Origin: Candidatus Hydrogenedentota bacterium
GTDB lineage: Bacteria > Hydrogenedentota > Hydrogenedentia > Hydrogenedentales > JAEUWI01
Reading direction: 5' to 3'
Assembly (NCBI GenBank): GCA_034669905.1
Contig: JAXMOL010000024.1
Span: forward strand, 1 to 64,000
DNA: 64,000 bases
In this document: positions 29,440-38,931 of the stretch, one piece after another
How positions within the stretch are numbered: position 1 is the first letter of the stretch
Layout of the letters: every line of letters begins with the position of its first letter
The notes under the pieces: model-generated
What the model saw: only the letters and a program-made list of their open reading frames with translations
Told to the model about the DNA's origin: nothing
The model's database searches: none
Made by a program: the position numbers and the translations under genes

Positions 29440-30426
29440 TCAGGGGACGGGAACGGTCTCAAGGATTTGTTTGATGATGTGCTCGGGCGTAACCCGTTCG
29501 GCCTCGGCCTCGTAACTTTCTTTCACCCGGTGGCGGAGCACATCCATGGCGATCTGTTTCACATCGTGGGGATAGACGTTGCCCTCCCCCTGCAGAAAGG
29601 CCATGGCCCGTGCGCCCTGCTGGAGGAAGAGTGTGGCCCGGGGCGATGCGCCGTATTCAATCAGGTGTCCGATAGCAAGCCCGTAGTTCTCGGGCTTGCG
29701 CGTGGCCTGGATGATATCGACGATGTAGTCTTTTATCTTGGAATCGATGTAGATGTCGTTCACCACCTCCCGCGCCTCCAACACTTCCTGGCGGGTTACC
29801 ACCGGGTCAACGCTCCGCTGGTGCAAGAGGTCCACCCGATCCATGATGGCCCGCTCCTCGTCTCGGGAGGGATAGGTAATTTTTACCTTGAGCATAAAGC
29901 GGTCCACCTGGGCCTCGGGCAAGGGGTACGTGCCCTCGTGCTCGAGGGGATTCTGGGTCGCGAGCACCATGAAGGGCTCTTGCACATGGAAGGTTTCATC
30001 GCCAATCGTGACCTGGCGCTCCTGCATCACTTCCAGGAGGGCGCTCTGCACCTTGGCCGGTGCCCGATTGATTTCGTCGGCCAGCACGATGTTGGTGAAC
30101 ACGGGCCCCTTGCGGACGGAAAAATCGCCGGACTTGGGATTGTATATCTGGGTACCCAACAAATCTGCGGGCAAGAGGTCGGGCGTAAACTGGATACGTT
30201 TGAAGTCGCAGGCCAGCGCACGGGCGAGAGCCGTGACGGCGGTGGTCTTGGCGAGTCCGGGTACGCCCTCGAGCAGCACGTGTCCGTTGGAAAGCAGGCC
30301 CACGAGCATGCGCTCTACCATGTAGGTCTGGCCCACCAGGACGTTTTCCAGGCTCTTCCGTAGCCTGCGCACCAGGGGGGCCTGCTGGGCAACCCGTTTT
30401 TTTATCGCCTCAATATCACTCGCCAT
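29440..30426 (-). CDS. moxR: MoxR-family AAA+ ATPase
   Basis: LLEGVPGLAKT; RIQFTPDLLPAD; LADEINRAPAKVQSALLE; ATQNP; YPLPEAQVDRF; GASPRA. Start at ATG 30426. Confidence 0.95.
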   Translation of the reverse strand: MASDIEAIKKRVAQQAPLVRRLRKSLENVLVGQTYMVERMLVGLLSNGHVLLEGVPGLAKTTAVTALARALACDFKRIQFTPDLLPADLLGTQIYNPKSGDFSVRKGPVFTNIVLADEINRAPAKVQSALLEVMQERQVTIGDETFHVQEPFMVLATQNPLEHEGTYPLPEAQVDRFMLKVKITYPSRDEERAIMDRVDLLHQRSVDPVVTRQEVLEAREVVNDIYIDSKIKDYIVDIIQATRKPENYGLAIGHLIEYGASPRATLFLQQGARAMAFLQGEGNVYPHDVKQIAMDVLRHRVKESYEAEAERVTPEHIIKQILETVPVP

Positions 30427-30653
30427 GGCCGCTACTCCAACAGGTTTGCTTGGGGAATACCGCCGGGTTCGCCCGATAGCGACCCAAACGCCCTGTGAAT
30501 AATTTACCAGTTCAGGGGTACTTTTCCCAACCATAACGGGTCCAAACTTGCAGAAATAGCCCGTTACCACGTACATTTTAGAGAGAATTATGCGAACTCA
30601 ATGACAATTGCCGCCGCTGTGCGGCCCAATTTTTCAACCAGGGGAAACCAATC

Positions 30654-31421
30654 ATGGCTCATGAAATTGACTATCGTATTTTTGGGGATGATATGCAGGC
30701 CGTCGAGGTGGAACTCGACCCCGGGGAAGCCGTGCGTGCCGAAGCGGGCGCCATGCTGTACATGGAACAGGGCATTGAAATGCAAACCTCGACCGGCGGG
30801 GGCCTCTTTAAGGGGCTGAAACGCATGGTCACGGGGGAGAGCTTTTTCATCACCTCCTTCATGCACAACGGCAACGGCAAGAGTCACGTGACCTTCGCGG
30901 CACCCTATCCCGGACGCATCATCCCCCTCGACCTCACCCAGTTCGGTGGCGAATTCCTCTGCCAGAAAGACGCCTTCCTCTGTGCAGCGGAAGGCATCGA
31001 GGTCAACGTGGCCTTTACCAAGCGCATCGGCGCGGGGCTCTTTGGCGGGGAAGGCTTCATCCTCCAACGCCTTCAAGGCGACGGCCTCGCCTTTGTGCAC
31101 ATCGGGGGAACGGTTATCGAAAAAGACCTGGCACCGGGCGAAAAACTCCGGGTCGACACCGGTTGTGTCGCAGCGTTTCAAAGCTCGGTGGACTACAACA
31201 TCCAGATGGCCGGGGGCTTCAAGAATGCCCTCTTCGGCGGCGAAGGCCTCTTCCTGGCCACCCTGACCGGCCCCGGCAAGGTCTACTTGCAGACCCTGCC
31301 CTTCTCCCGCCTGGCCGACCGTATCGTGGTCGCCTCCCGCACGAACAAGGGTGAGTCCAAGGGCGTCGCGGGTATCGGTGGCAGCATCGTCGGTGGCCTG
31401 TTGAGCGGAGACGGCGACTGA
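30654..31421 (+). CDS. TIGR00266/AIM24-family protein
   Basis: GDDMQAVEVELDPGE...AEAGAM; TGESFF; FGGEGFILQ; LFGGEGLF; GPGKVYLQTLPFSRLA. Confidence 0.9.
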   Translation: MAHEIDYRIFGDDMQAVEVELDPGEAVRAEAGAMLYMEQGIEMQTSTGGGLFKGLKRMVTGESFFITSFMHNGNGKSHVTFAAPYPGRIIPLDLTQFGGEFLCQKDAFLCAAEGIEVNVAFTKRIGAGLFGGEGFILQRLQGDGLAFVHIGGTVIEKDLAPGEKLRVDTGCVAAFQSSVDYNIQMAGGFKNALFGGEGLFLATLTGPGKVYLQTLPFSRLADRIVVASRTNKGESKGVAGIGGSIVGGLLSGDGD

Positions 31422-31494
31422 GTAAACCCTGCGGGACTATGCAGCGTCCTTTGAACGAAGGGGACGGTCCAAAAGGACAACTACGACCAGGAAC

Positions 31495-31598
31495 GGGGAC
31501 TGCACCGACGTCATCAACCGGTCTTCACGTACGGACGCCCGGTGCTGCAGTGGTGGTGGCTTCCCGGCCACGCAATCGTGATAGTCGGGGCCGTCCCC
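31495..31598. repeat. 104-bp element with 15-bp imperfect terminal inverted repeats (copy 1)
   Basis: GGGGACTGCACCGAC...GTCGGGGCCGTCCCC (13/15 complementary); identical ends recur at 38776-38880. Confidence 0.75.
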
Positions 31599-31603
31599 CT
31601 CTC

Positions 31604-33049
31604 CTAAAAGTCCACCTGGAATCGGGTCTGCAGGATATGGACATCGCCCTCAAAGCCCCGCCCGCGCCACCTGCCTGACAGCGACGGACCGTCTCGTGTA
31701 ATCGCTCCGCGGGTATAGTTGAGCATGACCCGAGAGTGGGAATTGAGGTACCAGTTGAGGCCCGCCGTCCAGTTGGCTTCCCTTCCCCCCCGGAGATAGC
31801 CGTCGGAAAGGTCCAGGTGGGAATAGCGGAGGGCCACCTCCCAGGCACCCCATCCCCCCCCTTCCTTCAGGGAGAAATTCTGTGCCGGACGTATGCGCCC
31901 GAAGACGCCTTTTCCGCGGTCATAGGGCCGCTCCTCTCCGCTAAGGAGATAGCTTGCCGCCATATAGTAGCCGTCGAATTCGCTGTGCACGCCATCACGC
32001 AGGGAAAAATTGGTGAAGGTCGTGCGCCGAACGGAATCGACACCCGCCCGAACATATTCGCCCTGCAGCGAGAAAGCTCCCCATTTCAAGGCGGCCTCCA
32101 GTCCGATCAAGTCCACGTCTTCACTTTCGAAAAGGCCCGTATCCACATAACGAAACTCCGAAAGATGGGCCTCCGGCCGGGCACGCAGGCGCATGGCCCC
32201 ATTACGCGGTCGGTGGCTGTAGGCGGCCCCCAGATGGAGGAGCCGCTGCCCCTCCGCGGCATACCAGGGTAAGCCGGTCACGCGGGCCGTCACCGAATAG
32301 TCGCCATCGTCGCTCCCGTTTCCATAGTCATCGGTGGTGCGAAATACGCCGGCGGCCCAGGTCATTCGTTGCTGCAGCACCTGGTTCCGTAGCATCACCC
32401 CCGTATTCCTACTGGGCACGAAGGACGACAACAATGGCCGCTCCAGAAAGGTGATGGAATTGTCACTGATCAATTCATCCAGGCCGAAAGGTTCCTTAAA
32501 GTGACCCACGCGGATGTGACCCACCACCGGTACATCCGACAAGGCCATGTATACATCCTTCAAGTCAGAATCCCCGTCCGCGAAATCATACTCGGCTTTG
32601 AAGGATACGGCGTCATAGAGCAGCCCGGAAAGGTAGAGACGGGCGCGCCGAAATTCGGTGCCGTCCTGACTGTTTCCAAAGGCCCGGGCAATCGATGTGT
32701 CCTGCTTGAACCAGGCCCAGTCCTGATGAATCCGCCCGCCCAGGCGCAGCTTGAAACGGCCGTCTTCCGTCTCCATGCGCACGCCATCTTTCCAATAGAC
32801 CCGCATATCCTCGGGAGCCGCTACCGGCGCTGGCGGGGTAGTGGCTGGCGCTGCCGCCTCGGAGACGGGGGCCTCTTCCTGCGCATCGAGACGCTCTTCC
32901 AGGTGCTCGACACGGCGTTCGAGACGCTTGACCATCTCCAGCAGAGCCCGCTCCCGGTCCGTCAGGGGTGCCTCCTCGGCCGTCCCATTCACACAGGAGG
33001 CCACCACAACGCAGAGCAAAAAACAGGTAACCGTGGGAAAATACTTCAA
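31604..33049 (-). CDS. OprO/OprP-family anion-selective porin
   Basis: Signal peptide and coiled coil; FRRARL; GHFKEPFG; FLERP; ARPE; GAWEVALRYS; GLNWYLN; C-terminal FQVDF. Confidence 0.9.
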   Translation of the reverse strand: MKYFPTVTCFLLCVVVASCVNGTAEEAPLTDRERALLEMVKRLERRVEHLEERLDAQEEAPVSEAAAPATTPPAPVAAPEDMRVYWKDGVRMETEDGRFKLRLGGRIHQDWAWFKQDTSIARAFGNSQDGTEFRRARLYLSGLLYDAVSFKAEYDFADGDSDLKDVYMALSDVPVVGHIRVGHFKEPFGLDELISDNSITFLERPLLSSFVPSRNTGVMLRNQVLQQRMTWAAGVFRTTDDYGNGSDDGDYSVTARVTGLPWYAAEGQRLLHLGAAYSHRPRNGAMRLRARPEAHLSEFRYVDTGLFESEDVDLIGLEAALKWGAFSLQGEYVRAGVDSVRRTTFTNFSLRDGVHSEFDGYYMAASYLLSGEERPYDRGKGVFGRIRPAQNFSLKEGGGWGAWEVALRYSHLDLSDGYLRGGREANWTAGLNWYLNSHSRVMLNYTRGAITRDGPSLSGRWRGRGFEGDVHILQTRFQVDF

Positions 33050-33074
33050 GAGACCAGACCTCGGGGTAGATTTG

Positions 33075-33100
33075 CTAACACAATCCTAACAATTGGAACA
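33075..33100 (-). promoter_or_regulatory. Pho-box-like 11-bp-period direct repeat upstream of the porin
   Basis: Gene sense TGTTAG-gattg-TGTTAG (plus-strand CTAACA at 33075 and 33086), with a weaker third half-site. Confidence 0.45.
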
Positions 33101-33141
33101 CAGGTCGCCGGGTGTTATCCATAGCGGTCAGTCCGCTCCCC

Positions 33142-34158
33142 CTACTCTTCAAAGGCGGAGCGAAAAGCCTGTGTCACCTGACGGCCATCGCGACGGGCGA
33201 CCACTTCGGCGATGCGCGTGCGCCACGAAGGGGCGCCCCGATAGATGGCCAGTGCCTCCACGGCGGCGGCGGCGTAGGGCGTGGCCTCATCTTCCACCAC
33301 GCCCAAAAGGAATTCGATGGCCGCCTCATCCCGTGTCAGGGCCATGGGCAAGAGGAAGAGCAGCAGGTCGGGACCGCCCGGCGATTCATAGGCCCGCCGC
33401 AAGATGGTAAAGGAATCTGGCAGGCGCGCTTCGCCGATGGCCAACGCGGCCCCTTCGGCCACGGTCGCCTTTTCCGAGCGGAGGAAGCCGGCCACGAAGT
33501 CCAGGGAGCGCTCCGGGGCAATGGCCATCAGACCTTGCAACGCCGAGGCGATAATATCGGCATCCTCCTCATCGGGACGCAGAAGCCGGCCCGGTCCCCC
33601 CCCTTCGCCCAGCCTATCGGCCAGGACCACCATGCGCAGGAGCAATTCGGCCTCCGGCGTTTCCGTGCGCCCCAGACTTTCCACGGCCACCCGCCGCGTA
33701 CGGGGATCGCGATCCATCACCAGCGAAGCGGCCACCAGGTATTTGTCGGTGTAACGACATTCGAGCAGGCCCTCACCACACACGCCCCGCAAGACCGCGG
33801 CCGTGTCTTCGCTCCCCCCATACACCGGCTCGGGTTGGACGTACGCGATACCCCGCAGATAAACCTCGGGCTCCCGGTGTTCCAATGCCACAAGGGCCTC
33901 AATAATAGAACGTTTTGCCGCACAGCCGGGATCGCGCTTCACGGGGTCTTTCATGAAGTATTCGAACGCCACCGTCAAGTCGGGAACAAGGCCCTTCGCC
34001 TTCCATTCGCCCGCCAGCCGTGCGGCCCGGCCAACGACATGGTTACTACGGTGGGCCAGTAGCGCGCGCAATTGCTCGACACCCACAGCACCTGGCTCTT
34101 CCTGCTCCATGGCACGCAAGGTATCGAGGGCTTCTCGGCTAGGATCTTTTTTGGGCAT
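33142..34158 (-). CDS. HEAT/PBS-lyase-like repeat protein
   Basis: Repeated helical units such as DRDPRTRRVAVESLG, VAEGAALAIG and AAAVEALA; DPVKRDPGCAAK. Confidence 0.7.
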   Translation of the reverse strand: MPKKDPSREALDTLRAMEQEEPGAVGVEQLRALLAHRSNHVVGRAARLAGEWKAKGLVPDLTVAFEYFMKDPVKRDPGCAAKRSIIEALVALEHREPEVYLRGIAYVQPEPVYGGSEDTAAVLRGVCGEGLLECRYTDKYLVAASLVMDRDPRTRRVAVESLGRTETPEAELLLRMVVLADRLGEGGGPGRLLRPDEEDADIIASALQGLMAIAPERSLDFVAGFLRSEKATVAEGAALAIGEARLPDSFTILRRAYESPGGPDLLLFLLPMALTRDEAAIEFLLGVVEDEATPYAAAAVEALAIYRGAPSWRTRIAEVVARRDGRQVTQAFRSAFEE

Positions 34159-34239
34159 TGCGGAACACTCTTGCTTTCGATGGCGTTGAATCTATGGGGT
34201 AAAATGGGACGTCCATAATTCCACAACACGAGGTTCAAA

Positions 34240-34497
34240 TCACAGCCCCGGCGCTAAAACGTCGGGAAATGGGCGCCCCATCGAACAGGACGGCTCTGAG
34301 GGGTGGCCTTCCGTTTCCAGACCCATACGATAATCCGGACAGTGGATTACGACGGGTTCATCGAGCGTTTTCGCCCAGACGGTGATAACGCCCTCATCAG
34401 CGACGTAGTACTGGGAAGGCGTCATCCCCTAGAGCAGCACGGGCACCACCAGTACCCGCACGATACCCGCTATAAGGCGGCGCCTGGCGTGGTCCAT
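34240..34497 (-). pseudogene. Possible remnant of a small secreted protein gene with an in-frame TAG
   Basis: MDHARRRLIAGIVRVLVVPVLL, TAG (34431-34429), GMTPSQYYVADEGVITVWAKTL..., all in one frame. Confidence 0.2.
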
Positions 34498-34814
34498 GAA
34501 TTCTATCAACGTCTCCCGAAATCTTTTCGGGCTTCTGCGGTGGCGTCCCGGAAACCTGGCTGTAACCTATCCCGCCGTCAGAAAACTTTCTTTCGAAACG
34601 TACTATATTCGCGTATGCAACGCAACACAAGCTCACTGCCTTGGCTTTCCCTCCGCCCGGCGTTTTCCCTTCGCCCTACATTGAATACCGCCCTCGCCAA
34701 ATGGCAGCATGATCCTTTAGACTGATCGGGTCAGGGAGCCCCGCGTCGGGCTGACGCATCGGGGCCCTATCGTGCCAGACCGGTTCACTCGTGTCGCAAA
34801 CGAAGGAAGATGCC

Positions 34815-37010
34815 ATGACCACCGCCCGTATGCTCTGTTGTCTCTCTGTGTTCTTTTTCTGCGTTGTTACCACGCCCGTCGAGGCCGACACGACACACCA
34901 TCCCCGACCCGCCGGATTCTCTGAAGCAGGCACCGAAAGCCCACCTCCCGGCCTGAGTTTTCAGGGAGTCCGTGAGGACGCGAAGTACACGGTCGATATG
35001 GTTGCGACCTTCCCAAAGACAGCCGTGGTCCCCGCAAAAGTTGCCGCAGTGTCCGTCAATGGGCATGCCTTGGACACCTACCTGGTAAAGAACGCCAACA
35101 TCTTCAATGGGCACCGGGAAGTCCACGGCACGGAAGACATCAGCGTCTCGCTCTATGAGGGCTGGGAACCCGGCGAAGAGTACACCGTCGAAATCACTCT
35201 GGCCGCCCGGCAGGGAGACGATGTAACCCTCACGACCAAGGCCACGGCCCCCGCCGAACGGGCCGCGACCGGCGGCATTGGTTTCGGTGCGCCTTCCCCG
35301 GAGTTCCCCTACCACCACGTGACCATGGGCTTTGCCAAGGAAGCCATCGCCCCGGGCACGGTTACCCGGGTCGAAGTGGATGGCGTGTGGAACCGGGATG
35401 CCCGCTTTTTTAACGAAGGCATTCAGGACCCCGCCTCGGTAGAAGGCAGCAAGGGCCTGGAAGGTGAAAGCTATAGGGGCGAAATCGATGGCGCGCGGGC
35501 CTTCCGCGTGGTCGCCCCCTGTGTGTGGACCAATGGCTCGAAACACACCATAAAGGTCACGGTCGCCGATGCGGACGGAAAAGAAACAGTCTACGAACAC
35601 GCCGGCACCGCGCCCGCTACCCGAGGCCATTGGAGTGATGCCTGGCCCCATGTCATTGCCCTCGTGGTCCATGAAACGGCCGGCATCCGGCGGGATGGGG
35701 AGCCGATCCATGCGACCATCGGGCCCTACGCCGATGACTTCGGTCCGGAGACCAGCCCGATTAAAGTGGTGACCTATGACCCCACCCACCCGAAGGCGGG
35801 CGACGATGGCTATGTGGTCGCCCCCCACCAGATTGTTGAAGTCAGCGAATGGCGCGATGAAGCCATGCTCAACGCGGAAGAAAAAGACGCCGAGACGGGG
35901 GAGCTGATTCATCGCTACGACCCCACGACGACGGTCGAGTTTGTGTTCCTTGCCGATGTGCAGCAGTATGAGAAGAAGGTCTACCAGGTGCTCTATGGCA
36001 ACCCGGCGGCCCAACCCGATGCAATGGAAAGCGACTTGACCGTCGTCCAACATGATGGACTCGGCGAAAACGTTAAGAACTCCTACTACGCCATTGAGAC
36101 GTCTGCCAATAGCGGCGCTGTCGAGACGGTCACTATTCACGACGGTGATGAACCGGTGTTGCTGGAGCACAAGCTGGAGACCAATGGCGCGGTTCATTGG
36201 AATCCCGGCGTCTATTCGCCCCCCACGCCCTGGGTGCACGTGAGCGACTGGGAAAACCCCGATGCCGCCCGGCTTTCCGGCCCCCTCATGCACCGGACGC
36301 GCCACCATGCGCTCCTCCCTTTCATGGACACGGCAAGCGCCCACGTTTCCTATACCTTCTACGCGGGCCAGCCCTATATCCTCCAGACGTCCCTGCTGGA
36401 AGTGCTCGAAGACATGTTTGTTGCGGCGCTCCGCAATGGGGAAATGGTGTTTAACCATGCGGTGCTCAATGAATTTGTCTGGCTCGACGAGATGGGCGTG
36501 GTCCAGAGCCTGATGATTGAGGGCACGAAGGAACACCCCGTGCACGCCATGGACTTCCCGGCGGACACCCCCTGGATGGCCTTTGTGAACCGCGAGCAGA
36601 AAGTCGGCTTTGCCAACATCGCCCTGAGCTATGAAAACACCAACCGCTACGGCGACCCCGCGAGCGTGGCCCAGCCCTATTTCTACATTCAGAACGGCCC
36701 ATGGATCTATTGGTCCCGCCCCATGGTCTACCCCTTTGCCGGCAACAATATGACCCGCCTCATGAAGGTGCGCAAAGGCAGCATGTACTATGAAAAGAAC
36801 GCCTGGGTTCCTTTCCGCTTTGCCGACGGCGACAATCCCTATGCCGAGATTGAGCGCCTGAACAAACAACTCCGTGCTCCCCTCAAGGTCATGGAGTGGA
36901 TGGCCACCGACAAGCGCGCGCCGGAAGGTTGGATTATGCCGATTCTCACCATGCCTTTTGATGAGGGTGTGGCCGGTCAGGTAGGCAGCCAGAAAGCGGG
37001 AGACGAATAA
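34815..37010 (+). CDS. Large secreted beta-rich protein of unknown function
   Basis: RBS GAAGGA; signal peptide VEA|D; HETAGIRRDGEP; GAVHWNP; LRNGEMV; paralogous to the next gene. Confidence 0.8.
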   Translation: MTTARMLCCLSVFFFCVVTTPVEADTTHHPRPAGFSEAGTESPPPGLSFQGVREDAKYTVDMVATFPKTAVVPAKVAAVSVNGHALDTYLVKNANIFNGHREVHGTEDISVSLYEGWEPGEEYTVEITLAARQGDDVTLTTKATAPAERAATGGIGFGAPSPEFPYHHVTMGFAKEAIAPGTVTRVEVDGVWNRDARFFNEGIQDPASVEGSKGLEGESYRGEIDGARAFRVVAPCVWTNGSKHTIKVTVADADGKETVYEHAGTAPATRGHWSDAWPHVIALVVHETAGIRRDGEPIHATIGPYADDFGPETSPIKVVTYDPTHPKAGDDGYVVAPHQIVEVSEWRDEAMLNAEEKDAETGELIHRYDPTTTVEFVFLADVQQYEKKVYQVLYGNPAAQPDAMESDLTVVQHDGLGENVKNSYYAIETSANSGAVETVTIHDGDEPVLLEHKLETNGAVHWNPGVYSPPTPWVHVSDWENPDAARLSGPLMHRTRHHALLPFMDTASAHVSYTFYAGQPYILQTSLLEVLEDMFVAALRNGEMVFNHAVLNEFVWLDEMGVVQSLMIEGTKEHPVHAMDFPADTPWMAFVNREQKVGFANIALSYENTNRYGDPASVAQPYFYIQNGPWIYWSRPMVYPFAGNNMTRLMKVRKGSMYYEKNAWVPFRFADGDNPYAEIERLNKQLRAPLKVMEWMATDKRAPEGWIMPILTMPFDEGVAGQVGSQKAGDE

Positions 37011-38776
37011 TGATGCCATCACTTCTCAAACCTATGGTAGCAATCATGACAGTGGCACTGTGGACCGGCGGCATGACTTCGGCCAACCCGGCCGTGTCTG
37101 TAGAGCGGGGCCACGATGTGGGCGATGGCCAGGTGCTGTATGACACGCCCTATGACCCGAAAAACGTTTCGGAGATTTCCTTCTACGCGCCGACGACCGC
37201 CCACCCCTTCTATGAAATTGTCGTTCCCATGGGGGACTGGAGTGACGGCTCGTCGGCTACGTTCAGTGAAGTTTCTGTCAATGGTGTGAACTGCGAATCC
37301 TACTATGTCTTCGTCGATGGCTTCGCCCACGTCCAGAGCGGTTGGTTGACGCGAGACAGCGCCACCGCGAAAAACGTCGTGTTGGTAGTGCGCAGCCTTT
37401 GGCACAATAACGCGGCGGTGACGATTGACGTGACGCTCTCCGCCCAGGACAATGACGGCAAGACCATCACTGTGGAAAAGCAATACACCGCGAAAGCACC
37501 CGGGAATGGGGGCGGCCCGGAAGGGTGGCGGCGCTATCAATCGGTGGTATTGGAAGAGAAAGCCGGCTTGGCCCGCCATCGGGAGCCAGTCGAATTCTCC
37601 ATCGCGGCCCGTGCGGAAAACTGCGGCGACCTGGAAAAGGAACTCCGGGTTTATGCGGTGGACCCCGTGACGCAAGGACTGGAGGCCTTGCCCTTCCAGA
37701 CCTTCAACCCCGGAACATTTGGCGGCACCCCACCGGGCACGGCCAACGACAATTATCTCCAGCACCCGAGCCAATTCATTGAAGTCGTAACGCTGGCGTC
37801 CGTCGGTGCAAATGGGAAGAACGTGTTGGTCGTGTGCTATGACAACCCGGAGGCCGAGGCGCTTCCGGCACCCCGCAGCGACCTGAAAGTCACCGGCGAA
37901 TCCCTCAACGCGCTGGTGGAAAACAAGTACTTTGCCGCCAAGCTGGATGACAAATCGGGCCAGATTGCCTCCTTCACCTTGAAGGGGCGTTCGGCCAACC
38001 CCGTTCCCCTGCTGACCAACAGCCAGAGCGGTGCCCTCCATTGGAACCCCGATTCCTTTGGCGACAATGGGCTATGGGGCCATACCTTTTCCTGGGACCC
38101 ACCCGAAAAAACCGTGGTCACCACCCGGGGCCCCCTCATGTTCCGCATTACCAATAGTGGCCGCATGCCGGGCTACACCCCGCAGATCTGGGCCTCGGTC
38201 ACCTACACCTTCTACGCCTACACGCCCTATGTGAAGGTCACCACTTCGATGGAAGTGCGCGAGACCTTCAACGCCAACGCGATCCGCAACGGCGAGGTCG
38301 TCTTGGATACCCACCTGGTCGATCACTTCGTTTGGGAGGAGAAAGATGGGAGCCTGAAAAAGATTCGCACCCTGCACGGCCCCAACTGGCAGGATGAATG
38401 GTCGACCCGCGTGGACGCCGACATCCCCTGGCTCGCCATGACCAATGAGGCGGATGACTACGGCATTGGCGCCATCAATATTGTGGCCACCACCTTCAAT
38501 CCCCATTCGGGCGAAGCTACCTTGCACCGTCCGGCCTACTACCTCTACTACCACCATTTCTGGGGCACGCCCCTCACCTATTTCACCCGCGGCTGGGTCT
38601 ACCCCTTCAGCGACTACCAGCGGGGCCCGATTATTACGGTGAAGCCCGGCTCGACCTACTTCGAGAAGATGGCCTTGATGCCTTTTTTCCTGTGTGAGGG
38701 TGATATCCGATATCAGGCCATCACGAGAATGAGCATGGCATTGAAGCAACCCCTGGAGCAGCGTTGGGGAAGGTAG
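37010..38776 (+). CDS. Secreted beta-rich protein of unknown function, distant paralog of the upstream gene
   Basis: TAATG coupling; signal peptide; EEKAGLARHREP; GALHWNP; VTYTFYA; IRNGEVV; YFTRGWVYPF. Confidence 0.8.
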   Translation: MMPSLLKPMVAIMTVALWTGGMTSANPAVSVERGHDVGDGQVLYDTPYDPKNVSEISFYAPTTAHPFYEIVVPMGDWSDGSSATFSEVSVNGVNCESYYVFVDGFAHVQSGWLTRDSATAKNVVLVVRSLWHNNAAVTIDVTLSAQDNDGKTITVEKQYTAKAPGNGGGPEGWRRYQSVVLEEKAGLARHREPVEFSIAARAENCGDLEKELRVYAVDPVTQGLEALPFQTFNPGTFGGTPPGTANDNYLQHPSQFIEVVTLASVGANGKNVLVVCYDNPEAEALPAPRSDLKVTGESLNALVENKYFAAKLDDKSGQIASFTLKGRSANPVPLLTNSQSGALHWNPDSFGDNGLWGHTFSWDPPEKTVVTTRGPLMFRITNSGRMPGYTPQIWASVTYTFYAYTPYVKVTTSMEVRETFNANAIRNGEVVLDTHLVDHFVWEEKDGSLKKIRTLHGPNWQDEWSTRVDADIPWLAMTNEADDYGIGAINIVATTFNPHSGEATLHRPAYYLYYHHFWGTPLTYFTRGWVYPFSDYQRGPIITVKPGSTYFEKMALMPFFLCEGDIRYQAITRMSMALKQPLEQRWGR

Positions 38777-38880
38777 GGGACTGCACCGACGTAGCCTACT
38801 TCGTGGAGCAAGTACACCCCCCGTGGCCCTGCACCCCGATTGGCGTGAGATTCGGGCAAGAGACAGTCGGGGCCGTCCCC
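38776..38880. repeat. 105-bp element with the same terminal inverted repeats (copy 2)
   Basis: GGGGACTGCACCGACGT...AGTCGGGGCCGTCCCC; an extra right-end variant GTCGGGACCGTCCCC lies at 38918-38932. Confidence 0.75.
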
Positions 38881-38931
38881 CTCCTCAAAGCGGCGTCTCA
38901 CGTGTCGAGTCGCGATCGTCGGGACCGTCCC

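Noticed and set aside
34785..37022. Long antisense ORFs (also 9995-11623, 20049-21464, 26607-27872, 29071-30363, 44853-46598, 48065-49321, 59726-60937)
   Set aside because: Stop-free shadows of GC-rich genes, with no motifs of their own.
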